Made by a program: the position numbers and the translations under genes | The notes under the pieces: generated by a model | The model's input: only the letters and a program-made list of their open reading frames with translations | The model's database searches: none | What the model was told of the DNA's origin: nothing | From: Podarcis filfolensis | Taxonomy: Eukaryota | Reading direction: 5' to 3' (one strand) | Assembly: GCA_964270895.1 (NCBI GenBank) | Contig: OZ185440.1 | DNA: 64,000 bases | Part shown: positions 24,905 through 39,317 of the stretch, one piece after another | Layout: every line of letters begins with the position of its first letter | Position numbering within the stretch: position 1 is the first letter of the stretch

Positions 24905-25250
24905 GCAGAACTGGCAAAGCTGACGGGGGAAATCCAAAACCGACGAGTAAATTTATACAATATTTGAAAGATCATTGTAAGCAATTAACAACACTAGTAG
25001 GGTTATCTGAAGATTTCTAATGAGATTTTTTTTTTACCTTTATTTATTTAAATTTGGAGGGATTTTGTGATAGTCTTATTAGAATTGGAAAATATATAAA
25101 ATGCTGTGATATAAAGGTTAACTTTGAAAGCCAAGAGGTGGGAGGGAAGGAAGTTGATAGGCTCTAAAGAGCCAAAGAGGTAAAGTGGACAATAATGATG
25201 TGATTATATATGTTTAAATGGGAAATTAATAAAAATTATTTAAAAAACAA
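24905..25250 (+). mobile_element. L1-type LINE 3' fragment (ORF2 end and 3' UTR)
   Basis: Remnant peptides AELAKLTG and KFIQYLKDHCKQLTTLVG, purine-rich UTR, AATAAA and A-rich tail. Confidence 0.6.
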
Positions 25251-28200
25251 TTTACATGCATTTTTATAAAACATTTGCAAGGTCCATATGTCACTTAAGA
25301 GAAAACATCCAGTTAAATGAGCCATCATAGGCACTTCCCAGTACAGTGTATAAAGCCTGGAAAATCAGGTATTTGTAAACGTGACCTGCTATCAAAACTT
25401 AAGAGTAGCAAGATACTGTCACTATGTAAAGACCACTTGAAATATTAAACTTTTCCCGAGTAGTAAGCACACACACTGGCAATCAGGGTGGAATGTTGTT
25501 TGCCAGTACGTGATTTCCATGTGTGCACACACTGATCAAACAATTGTCTGTACAATTGCCATATAGTGATTGTGCTTTCTCCTAACCAAAAGAGTTTTCT
25601 GTCTATGAAACCTAGACAATTAAACAGCTAAAGTATTGTGTACCAAGAAACCAAGGGTAAAACTTATTTTTGAGATGCATTACAATTCTTGTCAAAGTGC
25701 TGTTTGCCATGAGCTCTCTTAATTTGTGATTCACCTGTCATTGTACCCTGAAATTGACTAAGGCAGACCAATTTTGCCTTTCCCAGAGGATAAATGTTTA
25801 ATATCTTGTCATTTGCTCCATATTAGAAAGAAATGGGGAACAAATCCAGTGACACTAAACAGATGGGAAACGGTTCTTCTGCCACATCAAAGGGAAAAGT
25901 CATCCTTCTACCAGGCATGATCATTCAAGGTACGCTTCATAAATGTTAAGGCACTTAATGATGCTGAGAAATAGAAACAGAACCTTGTACATTGGACAAT
26001 AACACAATTATTTTAATCCAGGGATTATAACCATTCCACTCATCCACTTTTAAAATCATATTACGTATAGACATAAAGACTGGTGGGTTGACTAAGGTTC
26101 TTTTAAACATTTATTTGAATTTTAAGTGTTTTACTCCTCAGTATTGCATCTTGTGCAGAATTTTTAAAATCCCAAGGCTTTACTACACTTTCCCCCCAGA
26201 CCTGAGAGACTGTACTGTACTTGAAAGAAAAGTTAATTGCCATTTGGCGCTGACACAACCATTAGACATCTTTGAAAACTGTTGAAGCTGCTGCATCTTT
26301 GAAGAGGGGCAAGTAACACTCATCCCCATTTCGTCTCAACATTTTGCCCATACACTTTGGCCATTTTGCTAGCTCTAGAAGAGCTGTTTCAATTGCTTGG
26401 TAATCATAAGGGTGAACTTTGGACAGACCTAAAAATGCTGAGGACTGAAGCACGGTGGTGCCTCCTGGCCTGTGGGAAAGTAAGCTTGAGATCACTCTCA
26501 TAGTTTCTATGTGTCATCAGGTGGCCAAACTCACTGCCTCAGGGTTCTTTCATTCTAGAAGGCCAGCACATGCAGTCAAGTATGCTGATAGAGTCTCAGT
26601 GTGAGTTAGATACAGCTTGGCCAATTTTCGTCAAAAGGTTTCTTTACAAAGAAATACTCCTTTTTTATTGTATTATTATTGGGTGACATTCAACTAGGTT
26701 TTACTCAAAATAAACCTAATGGGAGGAATTCAACACTGAGCTCCTCTGATTTTTGCATCAGCACAAGCATTTCTGCTTGCCAGACAGAATTATCCCCCTT
26801 CCCCTTCTAGGCATGTGAACTAAATGGTTAGGCACCTGCTGTTCACATTTTACTTGTATTAATATACTGGTGCAGCCATGATAAACACAATGTTAAACAC
26901 AAGCACATGCGTCTTCAAATGGAAAGGTGCATTGAAAAGCTTTGGATGGAAAAGTTGTATAATTTCGCTAAAGAAAATAACTATAAATAACTATGTTTTT
27001 ATTGCAGCTATTTATATACCACTTAATCACCAAAGTTGCCAAACAAAGTTTCTCAGCTACTTCACACTTTTGGGAATAATATGGTGGTGTTGGGGGTTGG
27101 AGAACCATGAAAGCTGCTCTGAGTTTGTTAGAGGAAAGATGGGATTAAAATATTGTAATCAATAAAATATAAAGCATGTCTGAAGGAGACTAAAAACAGG
27201 GATCATGTTCCTCTGAAATTATCAGCTGTTTCCTCATGCCTAGAAAGTATTGAAGAAGTTAGTTAATAACAATTTCAAACTTTTAGTGTCTCACCCCCTC
27301 ATGGAAATGCTGTATCTCCTTTGTTTATAAGCGTTGACATTACAAAGTTGTAGACTAATAATTCCTATGTCTGGAGACAGGACTTCCTTCTTGCTTTTCA
27401 CTCAATGTCAGGTAGCCAAAGGAGACAGTGAAGACATGTAGGACTTCATTACATCTTTAATTTGGCAGCAGCATCTCTTCACTCCACTCCAAAAGTCTGC
27501 CCTCTTTCAAATTCAGTTCATTTTGTTTAGGGGAAAATTTGTTTATTTGTTTTTAAATTTATAAACTTACAAATTGCCCTACTAATGCTTTTGCACCAGG
27601 AGCTGAGAAATAAACTATACAATATTGCTCCAAACCCATCTCCATTGGAGATGGGGATTAGAGTGAGATTGAGATATTTTTTCATAGTGTGAGGGTTGGA
27701 GGGAAGTAGTTTGAAATTAAGAGATACTAGTTGTCAACAACCTTGTTGTACAGACTGGATTTATCTCCGTATTGGCAATTGATGGGTGTAATGTAAACTC
27801 TGCATTATAATCTTCATATTGTGTATGGGAACTGGTGCATAATGGCTTGCAATTACTAGAAAAAAATCTAGTAAAGACTTGAAGAACCACCTGCTTGATA
27901 TTTTTTGGCAAGATGTGCTATAGTACATCCCAGTTTTCTAATGCACAATCATGTTATTAAGATACAATTATATCTGTATCTTATAAAACTTATGTAATTT
28001 CTCCTATCTGCAGCATGTGCCTAAATCCTCTGAAACCATCACAGTCATGTAGAGAACAAATAATGCATCCAAAGCTGGCCTATCACTCACATAAAAATAC
28101 CTCAGCTTTCAATAGAGCTTAAACTAATTAAATTACCTTCCACAACCCTAGCAATAATTAAATGCAGGTGCCTTGTGTCCTATTTGCATGCAGAGACATT

Positions 28201-29437
28201 GTGCTTTTCTGCCCAATGTTATCAAATGCAGATCCTAAACAAAACAGGATCCCAGGAGCACTTGTTACTCCTGGCTTTCCATCTCCACATATGAAACTAT
28301 ATTACTATATGATTTAATTAGGCAGTTCTGGTGATACTTTGAGCTGATGTGTTTGTTTAGTCACCAGATGATAAAGAGATGCTATTGTAAGATGCTAATT
28401 GCAGAGTAATAAACTTCCTTGATTGTTCAGAGAACTACCAACGGAAGAAAATCATCATTGCTGATTCAAAATATACAAACTTTTTGTTGGCCGTTTGTTT
28501 GATGTTTTTATACCCTGCCCTCATAAAATCATTACGTGAAAATCATTCATTACCTAAAAGGACCAAACATCTAATGTTGCCTCTCCCGAGTATTTCCTTA
28601 ATTAAGCCAGATTAAAGCAAAGGCTTCAGGTACTTTTTTCTATTGTGTTTTCTACCTACTATCAGCTTAACAAACATTTCCTCACTGAAGAGTAAGCCAA
28701 TCCTTGCTGAGATCTTATCACAGAATTGCCCTTAAGTCTCTGTATTCACATACTGATGTCTCTGGTTTTTATTTATGCCACTGCCTGTCAGGTGGATGCA
28801 AAGCAGGCTTTCCCCCCATCCCTTCACGCTGATAAGATTTAATATCTGTTGAGCATTTACTTCATAATTCAAATTTTTTGCCACATAGGTGAGGCAACTA
28901 AAATATAGAATGGAAAAGAAAATATCTGTGTGAGAAACAGCAAGTTCATCCAGTTCTAAGAAAATCTTCTCTCAGGTGATCCTAATATCTGTGTTCCTGA
29001 GTAAAGAAAATCAATCAATAAAAATATTGCAAGTATTGAGCTGAAACAAACATGTTTTGTGCATATTTTTTTACCCCTTTCAAAAGGATGCATGACTGGT
29101 GGAAAGGAAATGTATCCCTACTGCCAAGACAATTTGATCAGTGCATAAAGGTAGAACTCAGCTGAATGGTCCAGGTTTCAAGTCAAAAGCCAGACAAAAG
29201 CTACTTTCTGTTTTAAAAGGAACCTTCCACAGAGAGTTAATCCTCACACAATCACCATCCATTCCTCACGTAATCACCACTCCTTATCTACTCCCCTGAT
29301 AAGATTTAAAAATCTGGACTGATTGGTGGCAGTTTATAACTGGGTACCTCAGCCTGGAAGAAAGGACCACATTTTTAGGATGTATCTGTATAACAGTATT
29401 GTATTTAACCGACGGCAACACAGACAAGTGCACAGAA

Positions 29438-29580
29438 CATAGGAAGCTTCCTTATCCCAAGCCTTATCCCAAGTCAAACTACAGGTCCAACTAGCTCAGT
29501 ATACCCCACACTGACAGGCAGTGCCTCTCCAGGAGATTCAGGCAGGGGATTCAAGGACTGAACCTGAGACATTCTGAACA
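29438..29580 (-). mobile_element. Degraded tRNA-derived SINE with CR1-like tail (Squam2-like)
   Basis: AACATAGGAAGC...CTAGCTCAGTA motif shared with 35995 and 36198 copies. Confidence 0.5.
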
Positions 29581-32439
29581 TCAACTACCTACGTCATGGA
29601 ATGCAATGCAGGCAAGAGTGTGGATTGGCAAGAGAGGGACGGATCATTCTGCAGGCCTGCTATTTACTTGTTAGATGGGCCCGCTTTATGAGTAAATAGC
29701 AAAGTTAAAGAATAAAAATCTAGGTCAGTATCTTTAGGAGGCTTGCTGTATCATACATACTAAAAACAAAATGTGCAATGCTTACAAACACAAATTTAAA
29801 ACAGCAGTTAACTCTCAACTTAGATACCTCATACAGGCACCCAAGCACATTTTTCTGCTGCCACCCTGCAACAGGCCAACAAAAAAATAAAATAAATGAG
29901 TACACATGGCAGTTGCTTGATAAATCAGTCAATTCATTAGGATAAAGGCTGAGTGTCCTGTATGAGTGGGATACTGGTGGCCACACCCACTTTTGATCAC
30001 ACCTTCTACTTGCATGTGGTCCTAGAGCCAAAAAAATCAAATCAAAGCTGACTCTTGAATTTCTATCTCTTGAACACAGCTTTTTCTGTTTCCCAGCTTT
30101 TAATATTCTGTATATAGGATGGGAAGTCATATTATTGCTGCATGTATACTGCTACTAAGAATGATTTCAAATATACTGGTGTTGTTTCTTGTGAAACTAA
30201 GCAAGTCTGGTCCTGGCCAGCAATACCAGGAGTCAACTCTTAGGAGCCGAGGTCCCTTCGCTCCCCCCAATAAAATATTTGAGTGGGCTGCCCCCCAAAA
30301 GTTGATGGGCTCATCTATTGAACTCATGATTTTCAGTGATCCATGAGGGATCAGGCACTGTTTGGGCATCAAAGTATTATAAGCTGATCATTGTAAGCTG
30401 GCCGATATAAACAGCTTCTGTTGTTTCCAATGGGCAAATTTCCCTTAAAAATCAGAGTAAGTAAATGACAATTCACCCCATATGTGCCAATGGTGCAATT
30501 ACTTTTTCCACCTCCTTTCCTGATGGCTTGCAAAGGAACTGGCACCCAGACTAAGACACAGTGATCTTGCCAGCTCCATCTTTTCCCCCACAAAAATATA
30601 TTGCTTGTATTCTTTTGCCTCATTTAAATGGTGGGCAGCACGTTTTGCTAGAATCTCTAATGCTGGCAGAGCTGGTGTGATAATTTCTTCCATAGGGATG
30701 CTACTGACAGTGTTCCCAAGAAGAAATACATGTGGAAAACGTGTCAGAACTGAAAATCAGTGTCCATGTTACAGCTTAAAGATCCTCAGGCAGAAGCCAA
30801 TTGCAGGTATATGGTACCCCACTCCTGGACCTTCCCTGGGAAGCCATGGATTTTTATTTCTGTCACAATAGTTTCCACAAGTATTCCTCCATGGGATTCA
30901 TTCCAAGAGCACTCTTATAGGGCAGAACATTACACTGGAATTGGGTCTCAGTGTAAACTCTGGCACAGGAGTTTTGCGACTGGCTTATAGCACTGGCAGT
31001 TGGGCATTGTGCCACATATATAGCTATTCCAGCCAAGGGGCATTCCAACTTTGTCTGTGAGTAGCGGCCATGCATGAGAACAAGCAGAGGATTTTCAACT
31101 GGGAAAATCAGATCTAGCAGCTGGGAGCATGCATGATTGACAGCCAGTAACTAGCTAAGCAAATAACCAATTACTATGTGTGAGTAATAATCATGGCTTC
31201 ACTTTGGGACATTATCAGTCAGGAGATGCATCATTGATGGGAATCACCAAGGCATAGATTTTAAGCAGGCTATTGGGGTGTTTTGTCAAAATGTAATTCT
31301 CTTTAGTGCTTCCGAGAAGAGAGCCAGATTACCTGTTTATTGGGCATTCACCCCGATTTACTTGCACAAAGTTTATGCTAACTAAGTTTGGTATTGGTAT
31401 GAGCTTTCGTGTGCATGCACACTTCACAGATCTGAAGAAGTGTGCATGCACACAAAAGCTCATACCAATAACAAACTTAGTTGGTCTCTAAGGTGCTAAT
31501 GGAAGGAATTTTTTTATTTTGTTTCGACTACGGCAGACCAACACAGCTACTTACCTGTAACTAGTTTATGCTGTGGTTGCACTGTACCACTGGCCATCAG
31601 GACTGGCCCACCCATGAGGCAAGCTGAGGCAACATCATCAGGTGGCAGAATTCATTGGGGCAGCAGAGTCTGATACCAATCCTTCTTTCCTTCTTGTTCC
31701 TGATGTAGATCTTCCCTCACCAGTTCTTTCCTGGTGGGGAGGGAAGTACCATTTTGCCAAATGTATAGGGCTGGCCCTACCCAGCCTTCTTTGAACATTT
31801 GCTCTGAAATATTTCCAAGGAGGTTATGTGACAAAGAGCATTAATTCTGCATTCATTATTGTGTGCTGTTTATACATATTTCCATACTTTTCAGTGCTTT
31901 CCCCTGTTCCTTTCCTAACCTCAAAGGTCCCTTAGAAATGGATTTCTTGCAACTAAAGCAATAGAGTGCTTTAATCCACTATAACTGTGCAAACTTGAAT
32001 TCCCCAGTATGCGCTGGAACCTTTCCTGCAAAATGCTGACAGTCTGCAGACACTCTGAAAGTCTGGTTGGAGATGATAGATGTAAAATTGCATTATAACT
32101 TACCTGCCTGTAAGTTGGTATCAGGTGAGAGTGTTGCCTCTTGTGGAAAGTTAAGTGCTGTGCGGAAGAGTCCTCACACATCCTTACTTACTGTAGTTCA
32201 CTTCTTCTCAGGGAGAAAAGAACTTAGCATCTCAGTTTCTGAGGGAACTATTTAAGGCAAAGGAAATCAAACAGTAGCTGTACAAGACGGTGTGTGGGTA
32301 TTAATTGCACAGATCTCAAATTGCAGTTATCTAAGGTGGGGGCTCATCTTTCTTTGACTGCTGCGTAAACCAACTCAATCATATTTCAACTGGAATTTGA
32401 ACAGTTCTTTAACAGAGCATGATAAGCCCATATAATGCA

Positions 32440-32575
32440 ACAGTGTTAGTCTAGCACTGGGGAGACCTGGGTTCAAATCCCCAGGCAAACATTAACTTCA
32501 CTGGGTACCTTGGAGCAATCACTTTCAGCCTAACCTACTTCACAGGTTGTTGTGAGGAGAAACTGTGTCAGAGGT
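32440..32575 (+). mobile_element. tRNA/CORE-type SINE (Squam3-like), degraded
   Basis: B-box-like GGGTTCAAATCCC and CAGCCTAACCTACTTCACAGGTTGTTGTGAGG core. Confidence 0.6.
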
Positions 32576-33174
32576 GAGCCACATATGCTGCCTATACTAT
32601 ACAGCACTTCTACAGGAAAAAGGGAAATCAAAAGCCTGCTGCATGCTTTCCTTGATCCTCCTTCCACTGCAGTTAGGCTGCGCGGTGGGGGGCAGCCTTC
32701 TACTGTAGGCAGTAGAAAGCTTTTTTCAAGCCTAATTGTTGTACAGGGGTACTTTGTGGGGAGGATTTCCAGCTGGGGAGCAGATGGTTAATTCTTGAAT
32801 CTAATTAAAATACAGTAGTGTGTCTCTGTTCTTTACTCTGTCCCTTCTGTTGCTGGCCTCTCTTGCCAGATATCAGTGTATTTCATATTCTTTATCAGCT
32901 ACTCTTCCTAAACAGCAGTAATGCATATCCCAAACTGGCTGTTACAGGGGCAGGGTGTGTGTGTGTGTCCTGTCCCCAAGGTTGTTGCCACTGAGCAAAG
33001 ATGGGAGACCTCAGTCTCAGGGGCCAGATGGGGCCCTCCGGTCCTCTTTATCTGTTAGGGACCAGGAGTGAGAATCCTCTTCATCAGCTAATAGAGGCAA
33101 GGACTCCAAACCAAAGGGCATGTGGGGTCAGCCTCAGAGATGCAGCTACCAGAAGAAACAACAGCTACAGCTGT

Positions 33175-33433
33175 GAGTATTTTTTGCTCTATAAGACTCA
33201 CTTTTTCCCTCCTAAAAAGCAAGGGGAAATGTGTGTGCGTCTTATGGAGCGAATGCAGGCTGCACAGCTATCACAGATGCCAGAACAGCAAGAGGGATTG
33301 CTGCTTTCACTGCGCAGCGATCCCTCTTGCTGTTCTGGCTTCTGAGATTCAGAATATTTTGTTTCTTGTTTTCCTCCTCCAAAAACTAGGTGCGTCTTGT
33401 GGTCTGGTGCGTCTTATAGAGCGAAAAATACGG
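33175..33433. mobile_element. Short Tc2-like non-autonomous element, inverted relative to 10056-10940
   Basis: Ends GTGCGTCTTATAGAGCGAAAAATACGG|TA; both ~85-bp terminal blocks match 10056-10140 and 10855-10940. Confidence 0.8.
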
Positions 33434-34519
33434 TAGTTAGTACATGCAACACTACATGTTTGGATTTACTTGCCCTTTACTATCAATTGTGAGTTTATAT
33501 GCTTGGACGTGAAGATTTCAAGCAACCTTACTGGCCACAGGAGAGACATGGATTTTTGGTCAACAGACAAAACTCCACCAAAGAGGCAGATGCACCAATC
33601 AGAATGATGTATTGATGACCAGAATTCCAGGTTCAATTTAGGTTCTGATGATCCACCTAAGAAGCAATAAGGTAGTTTAAGTAGAAGAAATTATGACAAT
33701 GTTGTGGTAGCTAGGCGGGTGGCAAGATGAGGGCCTGAAGGTATTCTTATGCCAAAACAAAAGGTCCAGAACCCATTGCTTTAATCAAATAATCATAATC
33801 TGAGGATTATCACTTTTCTGATACCTCTAATACATCAGTCTTAAAGCACAGATACATCAACCAGATGGAAGGTAGATGGTGAAATGGAAAAATCCTGATG
33901 CTGTAAACTCTAAAGTAGGCAATATTTCACAAATCTCCCAGTCTCCTGGCTTTGAGCCCAATGCAATTATAAGCAATTATTTCTAACTGTTTTTGAAGCT
34001 CAGCATGAGATACATTGGGCCTGCTTTTCCACCAGTCACAATAGGGCATTCCATTGATTTCAGCAGTAGGTAGCGAGGTATGTGATTTTCCACCCAAATC
34101 CGTAGTTATATTCATTGGCCTAAGAGGACCAATTGTACTACTACAGGTAAACTGTAGATTGCAGAGGAATGCCACTGAGCACAACACCTATCTTGTAAAG
34201 CAGAGGTTTTCAACCTTTTCTGGGTCCACAGCTTCCTTGACCAACTGCATTCTTTCTGCGGTGCCCCTGTGGGGCTCATGAGCCCAGTTATATCACCCCT
34301 TGCCTGCAGAGCCAGCAGCCCCTCACCCCTTTTCGAACACCCTCCCTTGTGGAGTGTTCCCTTAGCCTCCTCTCTCCTCCCCTCTCCTTGGGAGTTCTCT
34401 GAGCAGCCACAGATGCTGCCCTTGGTCTCTGAGCTGCCCCCCCCCCGCTCCAAAGAGAGGTGCCTCCTCACACTGCCCCACAGGAGGCAGAGAGGAGGGA
34501 GACAGAAAGCTGGAACCAT

Positions 34520-34680
34520 TGGTGGGCTGGATGTGGGCCTGTTAACCGAAGCTGAATCCTGATAATGCAGAGGTGTTATGTGTTCCATGTTCTTGACTCA
34601 AAAGGTTGGGGAGACAGGCCTGTTCTGTGTAGGGTTGCAGTCCCCAAGAAGGAGCAGATCCATAGCATTGGCAACAGAGG
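34520..34680 (+). mobile_element. L2 RT fragment
   Basis: Remnant peptide KLNPDNAEVL and GVAVPKKEQIHS. Confidence 0.5.
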
Positions 34681-35994
34681 AGGAGGGAGGATGCTTCTCC
34701 CTTAATTCCAACCACCAAGTTTACTGTCTCCAAACAGATTGAAACAAACCCAGTTGATATTTTGGCCTAAAATAGGCACATTTCTTTATTTGACTGGAGG
34801 GAGTAGGACAGCTTTTTCAAAACACAAATATAGCTGCTATCTTGTGCAAGAGGGACTTGGGATTTCCTGAAATGAGTTAAGTGGCCCGCAGAAGCCAGGA
34901 GAAAGCTGCACTTTCTTGCTCATTTTGGGAAATCCTGACTCCCAGAGCCACTGCATGAATAAAGATGACATGTGTGGTGGGAATAGAGCCATCAGCTCAG
35001 CATCCTGCTCCAGCAGTCCTTAGAGAGACCATGAACTTGGCAGGGCTGATGTTGCATAAAAACAGCAGAAAGAGACTTGTGAGGCTTTCTGCATCTCTGG
35101 GACACTTTCTACATGCAATATGAGAACCAATTAGCAATCCATCCAGGGCACCATCCGGATGAATAGTGAACCAAATCAGTTAGCAACTGCAGAACAGCAG
35201 AAGGAATACAGTACATTTCCAGTTTTCAACAAGTTTGTAGAAGCCACTTCTTCCCTATAGCAATCTACACAATATACAAACGTTCTCTTTTTACAAGACA
35301 GGCTAATTTTAAAAATACCCTTTCAAATCAGCAAGCATTAGTGGCAGGTCAAGCAACTTCTGTGCTGTCAAAATAAGGAAATATGAAATTCCTCAGTTGG
35401 CTATTTGGAAGGTAATTTTAGAATGTTTTGATGGATACTAATCCTGTGTGTCACTCTAGCATCACCCAGTGTCTCCTAACCTGATCACAAGACACTCAGA
35501 AGTGTAGCCTTTGTCCTCTTCATGCTGTCAGGAACTGACAATCCAAAACTTCTAGAGGCATGAGGTTGCCAGATACTGTTGGTTCTGTTTGTCAGCTCTC
35601 TGGGGCATAAGCACAGTCTTTGATCAATGCTCTTTGATCAGACATCTTAACATTGATAAATGCTTTCTCTCCTGTTGCCCACTGCTTTAGCTTCTCATAT
35701 GCTGTTTAGATATCCTTCAGGGAGAAAGCTGTGTAGAGAGCCCAAATGTGTCAGTATAATTCCTAAGGCAAGGGTCCAGAAGGGGTTTAACAGAACCAGA
35801 TAGAGCTTCCAGGAAGCGGGTGTTAGCATGCCAGTGGCAAGTACCTTCCATCATAGAGATGGAAGGCACTTCAAAGGCCATCTAGTCTGCTCCCCTATCA
35901 ATGCAGGAAATCCACTGCCCGGTGACTCTTCAGCCTCTACATGTGATACTGACATGCTACCACAGTACATGGTGGAGTGTAGTTCAAACATCAG

Positions 35995-36190
35995 GAACAT
36001 AAGAAGCTGCATAACACCCAAGTCTCAACATTCTCCATCTTGCTGAGTACTGTCTCTGCACTGATGGGGAATGGGTTTCCTGGGTTTCAAACTGGGGCAT
36101 CTCCCAGCCATATTTGAAGATGCAGAGGATCCAGCCTGGTACCTTCTGTATGGCAAGCATGTTTTCTACTTCTGAGCTGCAATCTTTCCC
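35995..36190 (-). mobile_element. tRNA-derived SINE (Squam2-like)
   Basis: Degraded tRNA head at right end, GAACATAAGAAGCTGC tail at left. Confidence 0.55.
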
Positions 36191-36197
36191 TATTACA

Positions 36198-36381
36198 TAG
36201 CAAACTGCCTTATACCAAGTCAGACCATAAGTCCATGTAGCTCAATATTTTCTACACTTATTGTAAGTGGCTACCCAGGGATTTGGTCAGGCATTTTCCC
36301 CAGCCCTATCTGGAGAAATCAGGGATTCAGCCTAAGACCTTCTACATGCAAAGTGTGTGCTTGACCACTGAGCTATGGCCC
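36198..36381 (-). mobile_element. tRNA-derived SINE (Squam2-like), tandem with previous copy
   Basis: Minus strand starts GGGCCATAGCTCAGTGG (A box) with degenerate B box, CR1-like tail. Confidence 0.65.
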
Positions 36382-36600
36382 TTGTCTATTATTCCTTGTG
36401 TTCTGTTCTGGTTTATTGATATACCATGTTTTGGCCAAAAGGCACCCCAAGCAGCAGATAGAGAGGGGTAATGGATACCTGGGTGCTAAAAAGACACACA
36501 CATGACCAAAGATAGACACAAGTGGTTCCTAAACCTGATATTTGGTAAAGGTGCAGAGGAAATTAGCAATTTAGCATCCCAAAGGTGGCTTGTCATATAG

Positions 36601-37040
36601 TTCTTTTTTCTTTTAAAGAAATCTTTTTATTGAAAGATTTTCATGGATAACAACAGTACATACAATGTCTCTGTTTTCAATTCATAGAGTCCTTTCTACA
36701 GGTTGATTACATTCAATGTGAGACATTGCTGTCATAGACATTGTGAGGTTACGGGGGAGAGAATGGAGAAGTAGGGGGGAGAAAGAAGGGTGAGTAATGA
36801 TCTTTCATACTTTTGCTTAGTGTATGTGTAGGGTCACGAGGATAGGTTCTTTATTTGTCTATCTGTTTGCTTTTGTTGGCGATGCAAGAGGTTGGAGAGC
36901 CCAGAGCATGGTTGGTTGCATTCAGTTGATTGCAATGAGTTTTCTTTGTGTGAGAGGGGGGTGGGGGTTGTTGGGTCAAATTACGGTAGCTATATTGATT
37001 TGTATGCTGCTGGGGGTTTTATGTTGTTGCATTGTTGGGC
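36601..37040 (-). mobile_element. Probable LINE (L1-like) 3' UTR fragment
   Basis: T-rich left end followed by TTTATT (AATAAA plus A-tail on minus) and strong G/T strand skew; no coding remnant. Confidence 0.35.
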
Positions 37041-37046
37041 TGTTGT

Positions 37047-37288
37047 GAGCCAGTGTGGTGTAGTGGTTAAGAGCGGTAGTCTCGTAATCTGGTGAACCAG
37101 GTTCGCATCTCCGCTCCTCCACATGCAGCTGCTGGGTGACCTTGGGCCAGTCACACTTCTCTGAAGTCTCTCAGCCCCACTCACCTCACAGAGTGTTTGT
37201 TGTGGGGGAGGAAGGGAAAGGAGAACGTTAGCCGCTTTGAGACTCCTGAAGGGGAGTGAAAGGCGGGATATCAAATCCAAACTCTTCT
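37047..37288 (+). mobile_element. tRNA/CORE-type SINE, well preserved
   Basis: A box GTGGTGTAGTGG, B-like GGTTCGCATCT, GGGTGACCTTGGGCCAGTCAC core, CTCTTCT tail; retains CpGs. Confidence 0.8.
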
Positions 37289-39317
37289 GTATACCTTGTC
37301 ATATAGTTGTGAGCATGATCCTGAGAGAACAATCCTATGCACACTTAATTGTGGTCATGATCCATTAAACACAAAGGGGCTGGCATTTTCAAAGCTTTAA
37401 TTATCTCTTACTACCACCTTTATAAGACAGCCCGCCCCTGCCATTTCCATTCTTGTGAAATAATTTATCCACACTGCTATTTCATCTACTCATGTCACAC
37501 AGATTTAATAGGGCTAATTCATGGACGATTATGACTTTCTTGCAGCTCCAGGATTTAATCCAGTAACAAATTTATTAAATGTGTATCATCATAGCTAATC
37601 TATTACTCGTCTATCAAGGTCACAAGATGAGTTCACAGCAGAGATCAGACTAAAAAGAAAAGATTCATTATTGCACCACCCACCCAACCATTAGTGTTCC
37701 AACTTGTTACACAACATTTTAAATCCAGATAGGGAATCTAGATTAAACCTTCTAATCTCTGTGACATGCCAAAATTCTGTTTTTCTTCCAATATCCAGCA
37801 AATACAGATATCAAGCAAATTCCACTAACAAAAAAGTATGCCAGCATCTGTCATCAGTCAACCACATTATGAATACTATGTTTCAGAAGGAACACTGGCT
37901 TCTGCCTCAAAACTAGCCAAAGAGAGACATTCTTCTGGCAGCGCTCTGGATCTGCACTGGCAGGATTGTCACCAGGCAGTTGGCAACTTATTTTACAGGC
38001 CCTGCCTGATTCTAGTGCTCTCCCTCCTCCCCACTACCCATGCGAAAACAAGCAGCCAGCCCAAGGCATTTTGCTGCCTGAGACAAAGAACAAGATGGTG
38101 ACACACACAAACCAAATTCCAGGTACAGAAACTGGCAGCTGAATTTTCTTTCCATCCCAGGAACACCTATGAACAACAGGTTAGTTTCTGCCACTTGAGC
38201 CTACTGCCTCACTTTGCCTAATGGTTGGGCTGGTCTCTGTAAGATGACAGTAAAGTGAGAGGAGTCTGCTGGAATGTACTTTTCTTCCAGCAGGAGGCAC
38301 AGTACTATATAAATTATACTACTCTGTAGAGCCAGCCCTATCAGTGTCTCACTGATATTCCACTTTAATTTGTTGTTCTGGACATCAAGCTAAGTATTAA
38401 ACTTAAATTAATCCATTGCAACATAATAACCTGCATACAAACAGTGCAAACACATCTTAATCCACATAATACTTCGATGCTTCTTGCAAACAATTCCTAA
38501 AGCAGCTTACTGTTGCCCACACCCTGAGCACCTTTCTATTTAACAGGCTCCACACACCAAGCAGCTTTCTATTACACCATATGGTGCTAAATGGCTGATG
38601 ACCTTCAGCAGCTGTCGAGAGAAAGCCACCTCTAGTTTCAACCTTAGTTTTACTGTCTGCTGTAAAGAAGAAGGAAACAAACAAAACAGGAATTCAGTTC
38701 ATCAGACTCTTGCAATCTGCCTGCCTGCCTTTACTTTCAACCTTGGTTTTCTAGAATCTTACAAGGTTCCATCTTTCTCCCTTCAGGTGAAGAATGCAAG
38801 TAAATTAGGTACTCCATCTACAGCTTTCTTGCAATTGCATCAGTGGGAAATCTGAGCCTGATCCAATGGCCACCAGGACACTATGAGGATGTTTCTTTGC
38901 CTCAAAGGAGAAAGAGAAGGTACACTGGAAAGACCCCCACCAAGCGTGTCACCATTTCCCTCCTTATATCCCTCCATGAATTGAAGGATGATTGTTTGCA
39001 GCATGGAGCTTCCTCTACTTGTGAAAGCTCCCTGCATTGGTTCTTGATCATATACAGAGGCTCCCTGCAGAAGGCAGCCCTGTAACACCCGGAGGAGTTC
39101 AAACAAGAGGTAAGTGGCACGTGGAGGCAGGCAGGGTTTGGCAATGCACTCTTGGTCTCCCTAACAATTGCCTGAGAAGCAAAAGCATCCACATAGTGTT
39201 TAAATCTAATAGGATTCTTGCTTTTGGGACTGAAATCCACTTCTCAGGCTGTGTGCCACGCTGAATGGTAGAGATGAGGTGAGGAGCCCAGCCAGAATTT
39301 CAAGACATATAATATAT

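Noticed and set aside
26262-26501. 79-aa protein-like ORF
   Set aside because: Within chance length, no splice context or recognisable motif.
29720-30760. 136-aa and helical-looking 64-aa ORFs
   Set aside because: No recognised homology, overlap a repeat fragment, and no consistent exon chain.
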